A stretch of DNA of 64,000 bases from the human T2T-CHM13v2.0 reference genome, Homo sapiens: NCBI RefSeq assembly GCF_009914755.1, contig NC_060931.1; one strand, written 5' to 3'. Position 1 is the stretch's first letter; each line of letters begins with the position of its first letter. Made by a program: the position numbers and the translations under genes. Shown one piece after another: positions 54,400 to 64,000 of the stretch. The notes beneath the pieces were generated by a model, which saw nothing but the letters and a program-made list of their open reading frames with translations, searched no databases and had not been told where the DNA came from.

Positions 54400-56475
54400 T
54401 TGCCTAGAATATTGGCTATCTTAGAAAATATTCAACATAGACTTGAATAGAGTATGTGTTTTTCTGTTTTTGCAAAGATTGTTGATAATTGTCAGTCAAG
54501 TTGATTAATATTGCTGTTCAAGTCTGTATTCTTATTTGTTTTCTCTCTTATTGTATCAATTATTGAGAAAATGGTACTGAAGTATCCAAATACAATTGTG
54601 GATCCATTTGCTTCTTATTGCTATTTTTATCAGATTTCAATTCGTGTATTTTGAACTCTATTATTAGATGAATACACATTTAGGGTAAGTCCTCATGACA
54701 AATCAACTTCTTTATTATTTTAAAAAATGGTCCACTACATTCCTGGCAATATTCTTTTCTCCGAAAACTACTTTGTTTCATATTAACAAAGAAATTCTAG
54801 ATTGCTTTTCATTAGTGTTGAAATGGGGTACATTTTTCAATCTTTCTGTTTTAAACTTCTTTTTGTCTTTATATTTAAGGTTGGTTTCCTGCAAGAATAA
54901 TATAGTTGGAGTTTACTTTTCATATAATATGAAAGACTGACATTAATTTGATGTTTAGGTAATTTTTAATCAATGCATATATTGATATTTGATCTAGATC
55001 TACCATTTCGCTATATTTTTCCCATTTATTTATTTCCTTTTTCTTTTTTCCTTTGTTCCTTTATTTCCTAAAAAATCAAGTATTTTTTATTATTACATAC
55101 ATCTCCCTTTTTACTTATTAGCTATTACTTTTTGTTTTGTTCTTTCAGTGGTTGCTTTGGGGTTTATATAGTACGTATGTATATTTATCACAGTCTATTT
55201 TCAAGCAATAGTGTACTTCCTTACACACCGCATTAGAATACCACAGTGATATATTTTTGTTTCTCCTTCCCAAAACTTTCTTCTGTTGTCATAACATTTC
55301 CATACATGTCATATATTTTTAAGTGCATTCCTTTTTTATTTCCTTTAAATGAGTAATTATATTTAAAAACTGTTTTAAAAATTAGAAATGATGTTTATAT
55401 TTATACATGTAATGATCATTTCCAGTGTTATTTCTTTTGTTGTTTAAATGCGGATTTCAATTCGATATAATTTTTTTTAAGGACTCGCTATAGTATTTAC
55501 TTTAGCATGGGTAACTGGTAATAAAAATCTCTAACCTTTCATAAGCCTGAAAAAGTCTTTGTTTTACATTTCTTTTTGAAAGACATGTGATTGAGAACAG
55601 AATTCCAGCATGATATTTGTTTTCTTCAATACTTAAAAGATGTTGCTCCACTGTCTTCTGACTTGAATTGTTTGTGACGAGAAGTCTGCTTTTATTCTAC
55701 TTTCATACCCCTCAGTATAATGTATCTTTTACAAAATCTGACTGTTATTAACATTTTCTCAGGATCATGGGTTTTAAGCAATTAGATTTTGATGTACTTT
55801 AGTGTAGTTTTAATTTTCCATACTTTCTCCCCCTGGGGCTAATAGTTTCTGATAAGTTAAAAAAAAACATTATTTCTTCTAATATTTACATCCCCTCCTT
55901 TGGAGATTCCAATTACAAATTGAGTTGTCCCCTTGATTGTCCACAATTTAGTGATTCTCTGTTCATTTTATACAGTTTGTTTTTGTTATTTATTCCTATG
56001 CCTTCATGTCCGTTTGCAAGGCTATGTCAGATCCCCCTTACTGATGCTGCCCTACTGCCCATTGTTTCTTGCTGAGTCAGGGGAGTTTCGGGCTCAGTGG
56101 AAAGGAGAGTGTGTCCACTGGTCTCTTGAATCTTGTATCTATCAGGCTTCCTGATGCAACCCCCTGGCCAGCATGGTGTCAGACTTGCCTGATAATGTCA
56201 GTGGAACTTTTTTTTTTTTTTTTAATCCAGGAGAGGAATAAAACTACTGACCCACCTTATTTTGCTATACAGGAGGTCAGGAAATCCTGGTCTAAGTCAC
56301 AATTTGTTGCATATGAGACTCTCTGCTGCTGCTGTGTTTCTCCAATCCTGGAGTCCCAAACATGTTCAGCTTCTTTTTTATCATCGTTCAATGTTCTTTT
56401 GTTGCCTCTTGCTTTATTTCCAGGGTTTTAGTTGTGAGGAGGAAAATGGAGAAACAATTCTTCACCATCTTGCCT
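54400..56475 (-). mobile_element. Old L1M ORF2-start/ORF1/5' fragments
   Basis: TATCAATTATTGAGAAA..TACAATTGTGGAT, TTAAAAGATGTTGCTCCACTGTCTTCTG, GAGAAGTCTGCT. Confidence 0.7.
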
Positions 56476-56579
56476 GTATTTGAGGTTCTCTGCACAATTC
56501 TTTTCCTTTGTAAAAGGGGCATCATAACAGAATATATCTTATGAAGTTACAGAAACAGTGGTATTTCTGGTACCTTTTC

Positions 56580-57420
56580 TTAGTTTTAACATTTATTTTA
56601 AGTTCAGGGGTACATCTGCAGGAGGTGCAGTTTTGTTACATAAGTAAATGTGTGTCATGGGGGTTTATTGTACCAATTATTTCATTACCCAGATGTTAAG
56701 CCTAGTACCCATTAGTTATTTTTCATGATTATCTGCCTCCTCTCACCCTCCACTCTCTGACAGGCCCCAGTGTGTGTTGTTCTCTTATGTGTGTCCATGA
56801 GTTCTCATCGTTTAGCTCCCACTGCATGTGGTATTTGGTTTTCTGTTCCTGTGTTAGTTTGCTAAGGATAATGGCCTCCAGCTCCATCCATGTCCCTGCA
56901 AAGGACATGATCTTGTTCACGTTTTATGGTTGCATAGTATTCCATGGTGTGTATGTACCACATTTTCTTGACCCAGATGATCATTGATGGGCATTTGGGT
57001 TGATTCCATGTCTTTCCTGTTGTGAATAGTGCTGCAGTGAACATACGTGTGCGTGTGTCTTTATAATAGAATGATTTATGTTCCTTTGGGTATCTACCCA
57101 GTAATGTGATTGCTGAGTTGAAGGATATTTCTGTCTTAAGGTTTTTGAGGAATTGTCACACTGTCTTCTACAATGGCTGAACTAATTTACGCTCCCACCA
57201 ACAGTGTGAAAGTGTTCCTTTTTCTCCACAAATTCACCAGCATCTGTTTTTTTTCTTGTTTTTGTTTTTTGACTTTTTAATAATAACTATTCTGACTGGT
57301 GTGAGAAGGTATCTCATGGTGGTTTTGATTTGCATTTCTCTAATGATCAGTGATGCTGAACTTTATATGCTTGGTGGCTGCATATACATCTCCTTTTGAG
57401 AAGTGTCTGTTTGCGTTCTT
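56580..57420 (-). mobile_element. L1PA (older, PA10-13-like) 5'-truncated 3' end
   Basis: TTTTAAGTTCAGGGGTACAT 3'UTR; ORF2 C-terminus MSFAGTWMELEAIILSKLTQEQKTK; TSD GTACCTTTTCT. Confidence 0.93.
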
Positions 57421-58497
57421 TGTACCTTTTCTGTAGACATTGTTCATTACTGCTTTTGTCACCCCTTCTCACCTTGTTCACGTGTTCCTCTCTGTCTTTA
57501 TTTTCAGGTATTTAACATTCTCCAGCTAATCTACTATACACCATTCCACATTATTCTGAAACCATGCTGCCATTATTCTCTCACTGTTAACCTACTTTAA
57601 ACTATATCAACAGTATTGGATTAGTACTAGAAGCATAAAGATTGAGGGAGATGGAGAAAGCAAATTTGCCCTTTGCTACCTTCTCTGTTATGAAGCATCT
57701 GTGATTTCTAACCTATTGCTTAGTTGTCTTTACCACATTTCTTCTGCTACCCTGTACCATTCACATGACTGAGTACACTAGGAGGTAGATGGAAATCTTG
57801 GTCCAATAAAACCAATACAGTTTTTTTGCTCATTCTCATGAGTCTTTCTCTACTATTATGTTCTGTTTTGTTCTGTTCTCCCCTCTCCTCTCTTCTTTTT
57901 TTCTCTCTCTCTTCCTTTTTTATTCTTTTAAAGTCTAGTTGTTCTTTGGGGCTTACAACAGAAATTCAAAAAAGCCAACTACCAATATAATAAGTAATGA
58001 TTTTCTGCTCAGAAATTTATTTTTCATGAACAAATTTTGCTCAAAGTTATTTGAAATTCAAATAAACAATTCATAAGCTATATTTGAACTAGTAATGATT
58101 TGCCATTCATTAAGCCTCAAGAAAGAGATAAAAATGAATCCTAACATAATTATGTGGCAGAGAGAGAATTATGTCAGACATTAAAGATGCTCTGATACCC
58201 TGTCACTTGATATTGGTTTCCTGTCTCAAGTTCTGTGAGGTGTGTAATACATTCTGATGGGCAGATGGAGGTGAGAGTTTGATATATTGACACAGCACTT
58301 ATAACCCAGCAGACTCCAAGATTAATGGCACATTATGTTTAGTGCATGCAGAAACCATTGATCATGTACTTACTTATCTGATTTCAGAAAGAGAGAGAAT
58401 AAAATGAAGGTACCTCAGGAATTATTTTTAAATTAGTTGAAGATATCATTTTTCTAAATAATTACTGGTGCAATAGGACAATTAAAACACTAGTAGC

Positions 58498-58883
<386 letters not shown>

Positions 58884-60167
58884 TTATCTCTGAGACAGAA
58901 GAAAGGTAAAATAATATACCATGTTTTAAATGTGTATTAAATATTAAGGTTTCTATCAGGACTTACGATATTTAACATTTTATTTAGTTCCTACAACAGA
59001 GCAAGATAGAAGGTATTGTATTAGCTTAACTAAAAAAGAAAATTAGCTTAACTACTCATGTAGTGAAGTACATTTTTCAAGGTAACCCAGTTACTAAAAT
59101 AACAGGTTTAATTTATAACTAGTGAAGTCTGCAATTAAAACTCATGACATTTGAGGCGTGACAGATAATCAGTCTGTGGAAAGAATGTATACAAAACAAT
59201 CTAGACTATTTTATAAAGCTGTAAAACCAAAAATTCAAGCAAAATAACCTTTGCATCAATATGAAGTTTTCCTTGAGCAAATATGGAATAACACAAGCAT
59301 TAAAAGAATAAAGAATACAATTTAGGAAAACACTGTGAATATAGAAACCTCTGTTTTCAAGACAGATGGACTAACGTACTGGATTTATTCTTGTACTTCA
59401 TATAAAATAATAACCGTAATTATAGCAACGACAATAATAGGTATACAATTTGAAACATTGGTATTCAGGCATTAAACATCAGGCAGAAAAGGACAGTGAT
59501 CTATGAGAGTCAAGAAAACAAATGAGGGAAACCTAATGATGGTCCCAGCTTACTATCTAGAAAGAGTTTCCAGGCCATCTCACAAAGAGACAAAAACCAG
59601 GCAGGGGTGCCAGAGGTACTTTGAACTGAGAAGACCTAGGTGGAGGCATGGTAAGGGTAAGGTTGATAGAATTAACCAAGCAGAGTCAAAAGATGGAACC
59701 TGCCGAGATAGAGCACTGCAGAGCTCTACAGAGTTTCTTTAAAGTCTTCAGTTGAGTACTGATCAGTGTGTGCATATGAAAAAAGTCACCCGGAGTCCGG
59801 GAAAAAACTACCTTAACAAATTACAAGGGAAAATCCGTAGAGTTCACAAAGGGCTGGAAATAGTGAGTGTCCCCATTAGCTACAATGTGTAAAAAAACTA
59901 CCTAAGGCCAAGAAAAGAACCAACTGAAAGAGACACATATCCAGTGAGGAAATGCAGGGCCAGGAAGAGTCCATGTTTCCAACAGCAGCATCAGATAAAC
60001 TACCTGGAAGGTGATCACTCCAGTGGTGTGTTACAATTAGTCCTACACTAATGCAGTGCTGGTCTTTCCCAACAAAACTCAAAAGCAAGCATTAAAAGGA
60101 TCAAACTATCTCCAAATAAGTTAATCAAGTTCTAGAATAAGGGTCCATAATATTTATAGAATTTTTT

Positions 60168-60431
60168 AAAATACTGCATGTTCTCACTCATAAGTGGCAA
60201 CTAAATGATGAGAACACATGAACACATAAAGGGAAACAACACCCAGTCGGGCTTTTATGAGGGTGGGAGGAGGGAGAGGATCAGGAAAAAATACATAATG
60301 AATACTAGGCTTAATACCTGGGTGATGAAATAATCTGTACAAAAAACGCCCATGACACAAGTTTACCTATGTAACAAACCTGTACTTGTACCTATGAGCT
60401 TAAAATAAAAGTTAAAAATAAATAAATAAAA
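60168..60431 (+). mobile_element. L1PA 3' terminal fragment nested in old L1M
   Basis: GCATGTTCTCACTCATAAGTGG..GGCTTAATACCTGGGTGATG..AATAAAAG + A tail. Confidence 0.9.
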
Positions 60432-61730
60432 ATTCCTTCTTTGGGTGAAAAAAAAAAAACTTCTATCCAAAAAGGTACATTCACAATATCGCCAACCAAG
60501 AAACAATTACCAGGACTACAAAAAAAAAAAAAAAAATTCAGGAAAATAGAAACTGTGATAAGAAAAAAATACATGCAAACTAAGCCACAAATGGCACAGA
60601 TGTTAGAAAGAGTAGACAAGGACATTAAAAAGTTATCATTAGTGATACTGAATTTCAAAATTAGTAAACTTGAAGATAGAAATAGAAATTAGCTAAAATA
60701 CAATGCAGGGTGGAAAATATTTCAAAAAAATTAACAATGCATCATTGAATTGTGGGAGAGTTAAAGAGGTCAAACATATTTGTAATTTGAGTGCCCAAAG
60801 GAGAAGGGATGCAAATATTTGAAGAAACAGTGATTGAGAATTTCTCAAAATTTTTCTCTTGAAAATACTGATAAAAATAGCAGTTATTTTAAAAAGACCC
60901 AAATAGAAATTGCAAAACTGAAAATTATACTAACAGAAATTTTATTATCTTATGAGATTGGCTCAATATCGTAGTGTCGTAAGTTACAGAAAATAGAATC
61001 ACTTAACTTGAATACAGATCAATAGGATTTACCCAATATGCAAAGCAAAGAGAGCATATAGTTTAAAAAAAAGAACAGAGGCTCAAGGACCTGTGAAACA
61101 ATGCCAAAATATTAAACATTTGTATTTTTATAGTCACAGAAGGAGAGGAGCAGGGCTGATAGATAATTTGAAAAAAATAATGGCTGAGAATTTTCCAATA
61201 TGGCAAAAGATATAAATTTGCAGATTGAAGAGTCTAAGCAAGCTTCAAACAGTGTTAAACCAATGAAATTTCCACCAAGAAACCTGATAATTACATTTGT
61301 GAAAACTTAAGACAAAGTGAAATTCTTCAAGGCAGCTGAGAGAAAAAAATGAATTACCTATAGTAGAACTATTCAAATGTCAGTGGATGCCTCATATGAA
61401 ACCATGGAGTCCAGAAAGAAGTGACACAACATTTTAAGTGTTAAAAATAAAACAGACCTATCAACTGAAAATTCAAATTTCTATATCTAGAAAATCTATC
61501 GTTCAAGAATGAAGACCCAAATTAAACATTCTCAGATGAAGGAAAGCTAAGATAATTTATTACTAGTAGACTTAACCCTGAAGATTAGTTAAGAAAATTT
61601 TTCAAACAGAAAGAAAGTGAATAGGAGAAGACTCTTGGAACATCAGGAAGGAATAATAACGGGACAATTAAAAATATGGATATATACATTAGATTATATT
61701 TCAACTCATATGTTTCATAAATCATATTAG

Positions 61731-62320
<590 letters not shown>

Positions 62321-64000
62321 CCAAAGATGTTCAGAAGTGTGATTATTTTAGGGAAGACAGAGTAACCTAAATGGTAGTGAGAGTTGTATAATTAATTTGA
62401 AATGGTAAAATGTTGACATCAGTAGACTGTGACAAGTTACATATGTATAATGGAATACTAAGAGCAACCAAGACAAAAACAAATATGAAGAGATACACTA
62501 AAAAAATATTAAGATGGGATCTTATATAATGTTAAGTAATCCACAGAAAGACAAGAATAGAGAAATGGAGGAACAACAATCAGAGGAAGTAAACATAAAA
62601 TATTTAAATGACAGATTTAAGAAATAATATGTCAATAATTTAAATTTAAATGATCTAAACATACTTTTCAAAACAGATTGACAAAGTGGATATTTGATGT
62701 CTTTTACAAAAAACTAATTTTAAATTTAATCGCTCGTAGTTTACTGTAAATATACAGTAATATGAAGGAAAAATATGTATCATACCAGCATTAATAAGAA
62801 AAAAAAGAGTATATCCATATCTAATAAATTGGACTTCAGAGTTAAAAATAAATTCTAGAAGCAAAGAAATATATTCAGTTAAAATAAAAGAAACAATCTA
62901 TTAGGAAAACATATTGATCCTAAATGTGTGTGCCTCAATCAATGGAGCTACAAAAGATACCATGCTAAAACCGATATATTGAAAACATAAATAAATATAT
63001 AAATATCATTGAACATTTCAGTAACTTCCCGTCAGCAACTGATGGAACTACTAGACAAAATATCAGCAAGGATATAGAAAATCCAAAAAACACAATCAAC
63101 CAAATTTATCTAACATGTTAACGTAGAACACATCACCCAACAATAGCAGAATACACATTTATTTTGAAGCATACATGGAACATTCACCAAAATAGACCAA
63201 ATCTTGGGTCACTAAACAAAATTCAACAGCTATCAAAGAATTGACATTATACAGATTGTGGCATTATGACAGAGTCAAACTAGAAATTAATAACAGAAAG
63301 CAGAAAAACCTCTAAACAAATGGAAATTAAGCATATTTTTAAATGATTTTTGTGTCAAAGAATAGCTCTTAAGGTAAATAAAAAGTACATTAAACTGAAC
63401 TAAAATAGATAATAAAATATACAAAAATGTATGGTATACTAATGAAGTATTGCTGAGAGTGAAGTTTAAATTTGTAGCTCTAAGTTTGTACTTTTTAAAA
63501 AAGAAGAAAAGACTCAAATCAATAATGTAAGCTCTTTTCTCAAAGATCTAAAAAAGAAGAGCAAAATAAACCCAAAACAAGCAGAAAAAAATAAAACTGG
63601 AATTCAGTGAAACTTAAAATATAAAAACAGTAGAGAAAAATAAATGTAACAAAAAATCCTTCCTATAAAAGAATTTGATAGCTGGTTCTTGCTGGTTCTG
63701 GAAAGACTGACAAAAAATTTTAAAAAGATGCAAGTCACAAATACGAGAAATGTAATTAAAAGTATTATTCTAGATTCTTTAGATTAAAATGATAGGGGAT
63801 TATTATGACACTTTTAAGCTCATAAATTAATGAACTTAGAAAAAATAGAAGAATTCCTGTACAGCCATCAAGAACCAAAACTCAACCAGATGAAACAGAT
63901 AATCTGATGGCCCTATAAGATTAAAAAAGCTTAACACATAATGTCTCTGATAAAGAAATCCTCAGCTCCAGGTGGTTTCTCTGGAGTGTTCTATCAAAAA

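Overview
AT-rich primate (human-like) genomic DNA, intergenic or deep-intronic. I find no credible protein-coding exon, RNA gene, CpG island or prokaryotic system. The ORF-track ORFs I can place are Alu/L1/LTR/mariner read-through, and the rest look like chance ORFs. The window is a layered transposon record: about 17 Alu/FRAM copies, L1s of several ages, L2, MIR, ERV1/ERVL/MaLR LTRs and DNA transposons. Family names come from recalled consensus sequences, not a database search. Highlights: (1) a full-length Hsmar1 mariner (25633-27078) whose transposase is interrupted by a three-part templated insertion copied from DNA about 1.1-1.5 kb upstream (inverted piece + direct piece + target duplication); (2) a fossil gamma-type retroviral env (about 33030-34130) not captured as a single ORF, still showing CWMC, a furin site RLRR, an immunosuppressive-domain motif and a TM anchor, followed by a MER90-like LTR; (3) three further local templated direct/inverted duplications (17.8-18.4 kb, 51.2-51.5 kb, 52.3-52.7 kb). 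I cannot identify the locus and do not claim a new functional system.
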